This document shows positions 52,411 through 64,000 of a stretch of DNA of 64,000 bases, piece after piece; the stretch's first letter is position 1; each line of letters opens with the position of its first letter. The stretch is taken from NCBI RefSeq assembly GCF_006345805.1, contig NC_043002.1, positions 87,234,001 through 87,298,000 on the forward strand, read 5' to 3'. The notes beneath the pieces are model-generated. The model worked only from the letters and a program-made list of their open reading frames with translations, was not told the origin of the DNA and did not search any database. The translations under genes were made by a program, and so were the position numbers. This DNA comes from Octopus sinensis. Lineage: Eukaryota.

Positions 52411-54019
52411 TATAAATGTATCGTTCAAATGCACAGAAAACAAAAGACAAAGACAGATGAGGTATGTGTGTATGAGGGAGAGCGCGTGTGTATGTACGTG
52501 TAAGCGGGTTTACGATTATATGTATGTATATATATATATATATATATATATTTACAAGAGTGTTGGGTTGGCAGTGTCGTTGAAGCACCAGGCAAGATGT
52601 TTCGTGGCATTTACATACTGCTCTTTATGTTCTGAATCGAAATCATGCCCATAATGTCTTCCATCCTTTCGTGGTCGATAAAATATGGATACAGTCAAGT
52701 ACGGGGATCCATGGTATCAACTAAGCCCTCAGCTCAAACTTACTGGTCTTATGTCTAAATGAGGAATAATAATTTTTTGTATATGTATGCGCCCTAATTA
52801 TAAATAAAGAAGATTAAGTTAATTGTAGAATTACATATCAGCATCTAAACCCTACGTTACGACCCTATTTTCTGAAGGGCGTAAAATCAAACTCCAGTGC
52901 AGATAAATACAGAAAATAGGAGAACAATTGAATATCCTTCAGAACCAAGTTTGTAGGAAGAAGAATCCACTAGAATGTCTGTCTCAGATCTCCTGTTTCA
53001 TGAGGTAGGAGCTTATCCGGATTTTGGAGGTTCTTAGACTGAAAGCACAAGGTTCTCTCTTGAGCGTTATGCCATTTCGTCGCAATGTTAACTCTGAGGA
53101 GTCACTGGTCCTCATTTTTTCCGGAATGTGCTGCAGCAACGTGAAATGAAGTGCCCTGTTCAAGGGCACAACTCGTTGCATGGTCTGAGAATCGATCACA
53201 CGGCCTAACTGAAGCCAAACATTCTTAACCACTAGGCTACATGCCTTTACATGAATCTATTAGATTATTTAAAAGGTCTATATATTCACAATGTTGGGAT
53301 GCACAATAATATCTGATCTAAAGAATTTGTGGAATATATGAAATAAGAATTTTATTCATGAGCAATGTTACATGTAGAAATCTCACAACGGTAAAATATC
53401 TCTTAAATAGACAGAGAGGAAATATTTTATACAAAAGAAATTATAGAACTATCATATTTGATTGTGGACGAACATATGTGACTCAAAATCCGTTGTGATG
53501 ATGCTTACCACTGAAGAAAATAACCATCACATAAGTGAGAGGTAAGATAATGTAGTCAGGTATTGAAAAACATTGAAGTAACACATTCATTTTATACTAA
53601 GAATCGTGCAGTGGAACATAAAGAAATTTATTTTGCAGCAGCATGTATAATAACTCTGTAAATCCGATTAGAACAGAAACAGCTATATCCGGTCTCTGAC
53701 GTAAGAAGACATTGTATATAGAGAAATACTAGAGATATTTGTCGATTACTTGAAGTGTATTTAGATATTTTAAGACGAGCTTTAGAAAGATGTAAAATCG
53801 TATGTGAGCTGAGCTTATGACACAGTTTTAAATCTCGGTTGCAAATATTTCACCTCACTGACATGAAGTTAAACTTCTTTTACACAAATCAACAAATGAC
53901 TTGTTCTGCCATTGTTTTTATATACAGTTTCTTCCTCCCACATTCTCTCGAGTGTTGACAGCACTTTATTTTTCCATTCTTTCTAAATTTTTAAAAGGAT
54001 AACGTACACAATAATTGTA

Positions 54020-56494
54020 TTGGATCATCCCATAAATAATGCGGCTTTTTTAAAAATACTTCTTATATTTTTCAAAATATATCTTCCAAAATTCACTTGT
54101 TCGTGACGAAAACTACTCCTCCGCTACTCTTCTTACCACGTCTACAGAATTCATATTTTTACTGTCCAAATGATTTTGAAGGCTGCGGAATGATAATAAA
54201 TGATAATCAGATGGGGCAATTTCTGGCATAATTTCCCATTCAATCTACTCCAGCCTTTGGAATGTCATCCTCGCTGTCTGTGGCTGAGCGTTATCCTGAT
54301 GGAAGAATACCCTTTCCTCTTGAAACTAAAGGTAGTCGTTTTTCTTCTAGCGCTGACTTGAATGACTGGCTGAATGACCAAATCCAAGTTTCTCTTCTAG
54401 TTCCTCAAAAGTTACGATGGGATTTTGTTCCACCAGGGTTTGCAGAACATTCTCGTCGAGCGCTACAAATTTCCCAGGACGAAATTCGTCTTCTAGGATG
54501 CAGTTTCCGGCTCGGAATTTCTGGAACCACTGTTGACACTGGCTTAAGCTTATTGTCTGATCACCATATACTGCATTAATATTCCTCGCACTTTCCGTTG
54601 CATGTTGCCTTTTTTGAACGTATAAAGCAAAATATACCGAATATGCTCCTTTGTCATTTTCGTTATAGCTTTGAAAAAAAAAAAATTTAAATCGAACTGC
54701 ACTTTTCAAAACTTGCACTAAAAGTAAAGTGACTTTTTATTTCCTAGAAGGGGACAACATACAGGGGACATCACAATCTGATTTTGGTGTTAGATGATCG
54801 AATGGTTATAACGTAAATATGAAATTAAAAATTTACAAAATTTGAAAATATAAAAAAATCGAATGATTGGACAGATCGGTAGACATTACGGATGGAGTGG
54901 GTGGGGGTTAATTCCGACCATACGAGCACCAACTCTGCGTATCAACAGCCAAGGCATCCCTAGTTCACCCTTTATCGGTTGTTGGCAGCAGATAGAGCGT
55001 CTCACAAGCGGTTTCGAACTCTTCCACAAGAAGTGGAAGAGCTGTCTTTCCAGCTTGATCAACCACGAATCAGGGTAAGGAACGACTGTTAAGCGGTAGG
55101 TGGTGACCGATGCGATGAACACATTGGCCACCTCCGTCCTCCCTTTGAGGGATAGCCACCGCCAAGACCAGGTCTTGACTATGTGAGTTGCTCTGCTCGA
55201 TACCCCCGCCCAGTTCTTCTCTATTTGGATGTCTGGTCCGAACCAAACTCCTAGCAACTTAATCGGACCCTCTGTCCACCGTCCTACGACGCTGTCAGGA
55301 AGCATCGACTTGCCTCCCCAGGTGCCGAGCTGCAAGCCGACTGACTTTTCACGATTAACTTTCTCTCCATCCACCGTCTCGTAAACCTTAATGGTCTTGC
55401 CTACTCTCTGTAGGTGACCCATTTCGGTTACGATGATGGTGATGTCATCCGCGTAAGCTGAAACCGACTTTCCACAACCTGGCTGTCTCGGGACGCCGTT
55501 CAATTTTTGCAGCAATAGCTCAAGAGCCATTACGTACAAAAGCGGGGAGAGCGGACACCCTTGACGAACCGAGCGTCTGATGCTGAACGGCTAAGATAAA
55601 AAGCCGTTCACTCGAACTACTGAGTCGATGTTGTCATAAATCTGAATGATCCACCTGAGGAAGCCAAGGCCCAGGCCGAACTGCGCCACCAGAACGGACA
55701 CCAGGTACTAATGGAATACCCTATCAAAAGCCTTTGACTAGTCTACATGGACCACTACTCCGCCCTTGCCAGAATCACTATTAAACCCCTCTAAAGTGTA
55801 CCGTAGAAGATAGAGATTATCCTGAATGGTTCTGCCGGGAACGGCACATGTCTGTGCTTCCTCGATTAGACAATCTGTGGTACGCGCCAATCTTTTCGAT
55901 AATACTTTAGCCAAAATCTTCAGCTCTGCGTTTAGCAGAGTGATGTACCGAAAATTATCAATGGAATCTCCTTTGTCAGGGTCCTTTCTGACAAGCATCA
56001 CCACTCCCCGGCGCACAAATCTGCCAGTTCGCATAGACATTCGCCAGCAGGCGCCCGAAGAAGTCTGGCATACTCTTATACAACTCATAGGGTAGACCAT
56101 CCAGCCCCGGTGCCTTGCCCGCACCGCAGTCTGCCATAGCCTCAATTACCTTCTCCGGCGAGATCTGCCCTTCACAGTACTCCGCGTCCCGCCCCGAGAG
56201 GCGCGGCAGCCCCGCAAGAAAGTCCGTTAGGTCCCTCCTACTATCCGGTCCGCCCTACCCCCGAAATGCTGGGCGAAGTGCTCCTGAAAAGTCCAACACA
56301 TCTCCTCGGGCTCGTCTATCAACTTTCCTCGTTGGTTCGTCAAAGATCGGATTGTGACTTGGACTAAGAATAAATGCAAAGTAAAATTACTATCTGCTTT
56401 TGTAGCAAGTTGATGTACGTAGTTTATTCCGTGCCCCTCCGACTTTTAGTTCATGGAATTGAAAAAAAAACTCATTATTTTTGGGATAACCCAG
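54020..56494 (-). mobile_element. Internally deleted mariner with a nested LINE fragment
   Basis: TA-flanked TIRs TTGGATCATCCCATAAATAATG / CTGGGTTATCCCAAAAATAATG (18 of 22 match). HTH region ATESARNINAVYGD..WFQKFRAG..LEDE.RPG at 54347-54660. Confidence 0.82.
54863..56365 (-). mobile_element. Tx1/L1-clade LINE reverse-transcriptase fragment
   Basis: NFRYITLLNAELKILAKVL..KAFDRV..RQGCPLSPLLY..AYADDIT..LSLKGR..FLW; few stops or frameshifts; GC-rich. Confidence 0.92.
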
Positions 56495-59053
56495 TATATA
56501 ATTATATCACTGAACAAAATATAAATATCACAATATACGAAGGAAGCAAGCAAGACTGCACTCCTAAAAGGCAGAAATATAGCATTAATAATTAATTATT
56601 CTAGTTCAAACGTGTCTGTAGCCAGGATATATACTCATCTGTCATTTTATTGTAATAAACATTACAAGTTTTATCATGTATATAGTAATTACTAGTATAG
56701 GTAAAATTTAATATGATAATTACGTTACTTCACCTCCCTAAATCCGGACGTTCCCTTCGACATGCCCTCGTTGAGAACCTCTTGTGACCAGATCAATGTT
56801 TCTCATAGGACTGCAGTTATAAGAAGTGGAGAAGGTTGCATACTATGTTTAATATGATTAGGATGGTTTACAACTGGCTCAACACCGTAGCACAGAAAAA
56901 GGAATTATGAGAATAAACACTATTGTCTCAAGTTCGCTTCGAGTTCAGTCCTATTGCTTGGCACCTTGGGCAAATGCATTTTAATCTAACCCCGAAACAA
57001 TCAATGCGTTGGTAGACGAAAACTGTATGGAAACACGTCATTGATGTATATTCTAGATAGTCTAGAAACGTAAACAAAGTGCAGTGATATCTATATTAAT
57101 CGAGAATTATGGTAGCAGCTCTCCGGAAATTTACCTTCTACCTTACAATTTTCACAAAGCAAATTATTAAAAATTTAGAACACATCTTAATCTGAAATAT
57201 TGATCGTATTTATAAGCTTATTGTCTATTTGCCCTAATTGTCCGAGACATCCGTTGGATGATAGAACAAAATATAATATCGATTGGGAAAACAGTTCGAC
57301 CTATAAAGAACTACTAATAGCATATGAGAATGATTTGTTGGATTAACACACATTGAGAATCTTAATATTTTATCTATATACTGATTGATTTGTTGAAGCG
57401 TACCAAACCTACTTAAACACTCAAAGAATATGTCTTCAGACTGGCATTGTTGATTCTCTTACTAACAATTATATCTCAAGAAATATATGGAGTAAGAAGC
57501 TTAAAATATCTGTGGCAGACTGAATACTATAAAAACAATAAGAAGTTGGTGCATATTTGCCAAAAGATTAAATGCAATGAAGTTTAAATTTACAAAAGAA
57601 AATAGAGACAATCTTGAAATAATCCTTTCTACTATACGAACAAAGCCTGAAATTTTTGGGGAGCGGGCTACACGATTTCAACGACCCCAGAACTTCACTG
57701 GTGCATATCTTATCGACCCTGAAAGTTTGAAAAGCAAAGTCGGCTTCAGCGGAATTTGAACTCTGAATGTGAAGACGAACGAAATGCCGCCGAGCATTTT
57801 GTCCGGCGTGCTAATGATTGTGTCAGATCACCGTCTTACAAAGTTGAAATAATGGGAACACTATCGAAAGCAACTGTGTGTTTAATACTATAATCTATAT
57901 TATAATAGAGAAAGCTGCTTATTAATTAGGTATGTAAGAGTTACTAAAGAAAAGCAATTATAAAAGACTTGACCGTCAGGAAATTCCTTTATGAATTCAT
58001 GTTCCAAGGAATTTTCTATAATTTCGATTTCTGAAGTTTATTGAATTTTTTAACTCCAATTTTTCACAAATTTAAATATTCGTTGCATCCACTGTAGAGT
58101 ATTCCGTCTTTATTTGCAGCCTCTCACTCTCTATTTCAATATTTTCATTTCAAGTTTTAATTCGCTATTTGCAAAATCCACAATTTATTCTGTATACGTA
58201 ATGTAAAAACATTATTTATTGAATGAAATTTTGTTTGTATACCTGTATAATGTTTGTAGAATAAAATTAAGAAGTGATTTTGGTTGTTATGGCTGTTTGG
58301 AACACTGATTTTGGTCATCTTTAATACTTCAAAACCATAGGAGGAGCCTTTTCGGCAAAAAAAAAAAATATTAGAGGAAAAGGTGAACAATTCAATGGAG
58401 GATTGGCTGTTGTTTCTAGCACAACCCCTCCCTTGTTTTCACTCTTACATGTATTGATGTATTTTCAATATTTTTCTTCCATTAAACACATTTTATGGAA
58501 TGATGATTCCGAAGCACGCGTGGTCCATTTGTGAAACATAAGCAACAGAAGTAATTTGTAATCTAAATTTTTACCCCCACCTCAATCAAGTGATTCCATG
58601 TGTAAGTTTACGTAACTCCTTTTTTAAATCACTGTGGATAAATGCCAGCAATAATCTTCTCAGGCTCTCCAATATTTTAAATTATAAAAAGAAATAATCA
58701 GTGGCAGGGAATGGGGTTGCAAAAAAAAAAATCATAATTTTTCAAATTTTATGTTTTGTAGCATATAAATTTATATATAGGGGAAAATACTGAAAAACAT
58801 CAATACATGCGAAAGTGATAAAGAAACAAGGAGGGTTGTCTTGGGATGTGCTAGAAACAGCAGCTAAATCTATCTTCCTTCAATCACTTACTTTTTCCTC
58901 TGAACATATTAACAATTAAAAAAAAACCATTACCGAAAAGGCTTTTTCCATGGTTTTAAAGTACAAAAAGAATTGGCCAAAATGGGTCCAGAGTGGGATG
59001 ATGAGGAAAGATAGCGGGATAGAAAATATTTTCAAAGCGGTTTTCATACAAAG

Positions 59054-59267
59054 ATGAACGTTCTAATTGATGTATCAATACCAGCAGATGACAACGTGTC
59101 TCTAAAAGAAATGGAAAAACTTTCAAAATACAAAGACCTGGAAATTGAGGTAACTCGAATGTGGAATCTAAAAACAGAAGCAATCCCTATCATAGTAGGC
59201 GCATTAGGTATGATAAAAAAATATTCAGAGAAATACATAACAAAAACACCAGGACTTACAAACACAT
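59054..59267 (+). mobile_element. RLE-type LINE endonuclease fragment
   Basis: LIDVSIPADDNVSLKEMEKLSKYKDLEIEVTRMWNLKTEAIPIIVGALG. Confidence 0.9.
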
Positions 59268-59550
59268 AGTCAAGTGTTGAAAGAATTATTTGGGGTTTGA
59301 AACATAGGTGTTTCGTTCAACATCCTTAAACAACCCTTATTCAAGGAATTTTTGAGCGGGGAAAATTCTAGGTGTGTCCACACCTCCAAGGCGATGCGCT
59401 GTTTATCTTGATATAAAATCACTATGTCGCGCATGGTTGTGATGTTTGTTCGTGATGTACCCTTATCAGACGAGTAGTCATGATGGGTATACTGGTCTTC
59501 GTATATTTTACCCCAGTGTCACTTTGATGGCATGCACTACCCTCTCACTC
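59268..59550 (+). mobile_element. 3' part of the (AAT)n-tailed element
   Basis: Matches ~12455-12783 with internal deletions; followed by AAT/GAT repeats. Confidence 0.85.
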
Positions 59551-60189
59551 AATAATGATAATAATGATGATGATGATGATGATGATAAAAATAATAATAA
59601 TAATAATACTGAGTAAAAAACATTCTTAGAATCTACCAAACAGAAACTTGGAGGAAAAACTCAATAACCCTTCTTTATAAAGAAACAAAAAATTAGAGAC
59701 TAGAGACTAACTCCTCCACCAAGCGGCCGTAACGGCGATGTGTTTCACAACCCATCACCAAGAACGTGTTTCCCATTCGCTTTGGTAAGTCTTATGTTCA
59801 TGCTGTATCTTTGCCAACGACCATGTAGAATAATATCAATGCAGTTGAAAACGAAGACCACTCATCTAACCGTACAAGAATTAGGTCTGAATAATGGAAA
59901 AAAAATTTTAATCGAATGAAAAAAATCAAAATGAAATTTCAAATTATTCTGAATTGGGAAAAAAGACGCTTTATGCCCAAAATCCCATAACATTCGAGCA
60001 AAAAACCAAACAACTCCCCCCACCCCGAAAAAATGAGTGTTTCAGAAGCTGAGTTAAAGGGAGAAACAAAATCTCTGATTTTAGTTGCACATGAAAGATA
60101 ACAGTCTAGCCATGAATAATTACTAAAGCAAAACTAATGTAAAAGGATGTTAACATCAATTGTAGACTGTTTAATTAGTACAATGAGAC

Positions 60190-60330
60190 ATTAATTGACT
60201 ACATCATTTCTGGCTGCACAGTCATTGCCAAGTCCAAGTATATTCAGAAACACGATCAAGTTGGCAGCTGTGTCTACTGGACAACATGCCGACACTTCGA
60301 CGTTGATTATACCATTCCTGTTTGAATCGA
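60190..60330 (+). mobile_element. RLE-LINE CCHC-region relic
   Basis: IDYIISGCTVIAKSKYIQKHDQVGSCVYWTTCRHF. Confidence 0.65.
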
Positions 60331-61129
60331 AATATCGCCAAAATAAATTACAAGACAACAAAACAACGCTCATTTCCCTATATTACACTGAGAAACATGG
60401 TTTTGTCGTCTAGTGTTGGAGACATGTTTCCTGGTAATTTGGAGGTGCTGATTTCAAAAATGAAATCCATTTTGCTCTATCACGTCGAAATTTTTCACAA
60501 ACTCAAATGTCCATTTTTCAACATTTCTAAGGATAGATTTGGCTTCATCAAATGCAGACCTATGTATGGGGCTTTGGCATCACTTCAAAAACAGTTTTTC
60601 AATATCATTTAAAGTAAATGTAACCACAAAAGTGAAAACATAAGTCATGATATGAGTATTTTCAGTAAATAAAAAGCATCCAACTTGAACAACTTTCACT
60701 ATTTTAATCTAACCAGTTTTAAATGTCATGATGATGACAGAATTGTTCTTTTTACAATTAGATGTTAATAAACAACACATTTCTGTGGTCCTTGACATCA
60801 TACACGCATCATATTTGTGGAATTTGTCTTCAGATATGCCCATGCTGTGCTTGATTTAGTGTGACCATCATTGCAAATGACTAACTTGTAAACCAAGTGA
60901 CACATATTTTCTTGAACCATTTACTATTTCATCTGATAATTGGTATTTTGAATTCTTTTCATATTTTGATTGTGAGACCACTTGCGACAAAGTCACTTTT
61001 ATCAAGCATGGTCATAGAACTTCATGGTATGTATACTCTTAATTCAATTGGTATATTATTTTATACACACATACATATATGCATACGCGCACACATACTT
61101 ACATATGTATACATACATACATACATACA

Positions 61130-61234
<105 letters not shown>

Positions 61235-61323
61235 TAATATGTTTTCAGCGGTGTAGAATTTACAATGTAATTATTCTTTTTCATTCCAGGTGCCATTATA
61301 TTAAACATTTGCGAAGAGTAACC

Positions 61324-61715
61324 ATGCCGCGCACAAAATATTCAGCAGAACTGTCAGATTTTCAAAGTGGTCGTATTGTTGGGCAATCTGCGAAAAATTG
61401 CCGAAAATCTTCAAATTCCTCTTACTACTGTTAATAGAATTATAGTTAATTCTATTGCTCTTACAACTGTTAATAGAATTAAAAGCCAAGGAAAAGAATG
61501 AAAAGATTCTCGTCCCGGCCAACCTGGGCCCTCGGAAAGGGAACTTCGCTGTTTGAAGAGAATTGTGGAAAACGAACCCCGTTCGAAGGCTTCTGACATT
61601 GCAAAACAGCTAGCAGTTAGTCCAAGAACGTGTGTTACATATCTGCATAAGCTTGGGTATTATGGACGAGCAGCTAGAAGAAAACATCTCCTTCAACCAA
61701 TTAATATCAAATAAA
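61324..61715 (+). mobile_element. Tc1 transposase N-terminal relic
   Basis: [64 protein letters not shown]. Confidence 0.8.
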
Positions 61716-63619
61716 AGATTTTGAAAATTAAAGGTGTCTATTTACTTGCTGCATGTCTGTGTATATTAACTCATTAATTTAGGTGTTATGAATGACATTG
61801 TATTTATGGAGTGACTTTAGAGAAATAGATTACAGGTTTGCATAGGAGTTCGAGATATGGTTTCGGTTGCAGTTTGGAGCCGTGTAATTTTTATGTAAGC
61901 TAAATTTTGCTCACAGGGAGCTGAGATAAATAAAATAGAACTAAACATTTTTTTCAGTTAAACTTATTCACGAGTAACCCTCTGGCTTCATCAAGGAACA
62001 TACAATTCGTTTTGCAAAATGCCATAACAAGAAGCGCTGGTGAAAAACACTGTAAATATACTCAATTACAAATTTTCTGGCAACTAGAAGAAAAAAAATA
62101 TTGCTTTCCTTTTCTTGAGAGGAGGGAATGAAATTAGAAGAAAAAAATGAGAAATGCGAAGGAAATACAGTAGTTTACAGTTCATTATGCGTAACACGGT
62201 TAATCAATATTGGCTGTTTGGAAGAAATCTCTTGGCACGCTTCATGGTCATTGTTGTTTGTCAACCGAAGAATATCGTGACTGGAGATATTATAACATCA
62301 ATATGAAAGAAACACAAAAAAACAATTTATAGATAATCACAAAGAAAAGATTTCATTGTAGAGAAAGGTAGATTCAATCTCTGCCTATCCATTTTTCTCT
62401 TTTTCTAATAGTTCTCCTTGTTCCTTACCGTACCGTTTTTCAGCCCTGCCTTTCTAATATACATAAAAAAAGGGGATTATTTTTCTTCTCCACATATATT
62501 TCCGCTTCAAGAAGCAAAATTTTTGAGGTTTCACTTAGTGAATGAATTCATATAATTTTATTGTTAATGACATTTTGTATTTTTTTCTTCTAATGTAAAG
62601 CTTCTCTTCACTTGGCAGTTTGTAAAATAAAAACAAACAAAAAAAAAACGATTCACTGAAAACATATTTGAGATGGAAACAAATTAAACGGATGTGCAGC
62701 CATGAAAACACTTCTATTAACTCCACAGTGATATGAATTCCAATAAATAGAAGGTGTGAGTTTTAAGTTTAATTGATAGAATAATCTGTAATTGAAGATT
62801 GAAAGTTTGGCAATATTTTTCACAATAATTCCACAAACTATCTCCACCAAATTGACATATCATTTACGACCTAACGGAAAAGTAATAGTACAAGAATATG
62901 GAAGCGTGAAAATAAGAAAACCATGCAATTGTAAAGCAAGAATAACAAACGATTTTAAGGTCACATATTGCGGTAGGTGTTGTTGAATAAACCAATTCCA
63001 GTACTTTTGCCTGATGATGAAAGACGAATTTGATTCAGGAGAAACTGTATAAAGTTAGGTCGTAAAGTAACATAACAAGTGAAAGAAGCTTCAAGATATT
63101 TTATAAATAATCGCTAATAGATTTTATAGCAGAGAAAGATGGATAAAATATTGAGAGACATTACCACAGTGTTTTACCCACACGCCACTATGTGACTTTT
63201 AAACTGCATACGGATTGGTAAAAACTGTATTCTAAAAATTCAGCTTGATGGAGCGTTCTAAGAGGACATACAGTTGTCAAGAACTCAACTGTCGATTAAA
63301 AAACTTTTTAAATCTGATTATTACTCTATGTATATGAGTGCTAATTTAACTTTATGAGCATTACAGTAGATTTTTTAATGTTAAAACACCTTAATAAAAA
63401 CGTGAAAGCCAGAGCATGTTTTGACTTTATTCAATTGATATATTATTTTATACACACATACATATATGCATACGCGAGTGCATGCGCGCACACATACTTA
63501 CATATGTAAACATACATACATACATACATTGCGTTCGTCATGTGTTGAAGAGATGCGGGGATATGAGATGGTGCAGCTGAATCGTCAGCCTACTGAATCC
63601 CGTTCACCGTGGTTGAGAG

Positions 63620-64000
63620 TATATTTGATGTGGCTTCAGGCAGCGAGTGTCAAATATGCAGACGAGAAGACTTATGAATTCAAGGACTCGATTCGGAGAA
63701 TCGTCGGCCCATGCAGAGGGGTGAATACTCTGGTGAGACCATCCAATGGCACCTTACTGAGAGGGAAAACTGCAATACTTCATAAGTGGATCGAACCTTT
63801 TCAAGAACTTCTAAATCGGTCCAACACCACGGACTCAACGGCATTTGAAGAGAAACCAGATTTCCCTATCCTACAGAACATGTCAACCCAATAACAATTG
63901 ATGAGGCTCAAAGGGTCATCCACGGTCTCAAAAACAAGAAGTTTCCCAGTAATGATGGAATCCTGAGTGAGATCAACATGTATGGTGGGCCTTACCTTAC
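63620..64000 (+). mobile_element. RTE-clade LINE ORF relic upstream of the RT domain, running off the window
   Basis: YADEK..IVGP..ILHKWIEPFQELLNR..ITIDEAQRVIHGLKNKKFPSNDGILSEI..GG. Confidence 0.85.

Noticed and set aside
57200-57400. CPNC..NIDWENS peptide, possibly a Penelope endonuclease remnant
   Set aside because: Too short and decayed to assign.
59700-59790. Open frame ending in a consensus donor TTG|GTAAGT
   Set aside because: No acceptor with a pyrimidine tract; GTAAGT is expected many times by chance.

Overview
AT-rich (visually roughly one-third GC; not computed) eukaryotic DNA, intergenic or intronic, saturated with microsatellites and decayed mobile elements. The repeat families look like those I associate with octopus genomes; that is recall and needs BLAST confirmation. 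No intact host gene is recognisable, and most ORFs in the supplied track are microsatellite translations. Supported content: several tRNA-derived SINE families; relics of RTE, Tx1/L1, CRE and R4/Dong-like (restriction-like endonuclease, RLE) LINEs; a Penelope-like element (PLE) fragment; Tc1, mariner and maT-like transposons; GG-terminated MITEs with 8-bp target-site duplications (TSDs); Helitrons, one carrying a Pif1-helicase fragment; a FLYWCH-domain ORF. Best leads: (1) minimal hammerhead-ribozyme folds in PLE-type repeats, including a ~355-nt unit present head-to-head and circularly permuted at 51.2-51.8 kb; (2) a type III hammerhead-like fold inside an LTR-like island at 35.5-35.9 kb; (3) a non-coding element repeatedly embedded in (AAT)n, next to RLE-LINE fragments; (4) recurrent fold-back duplications, one at a SINE 5' junction. 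All assignments come from manual reading and translation. No database search or folding program was run, and relic boundaries are approximate.
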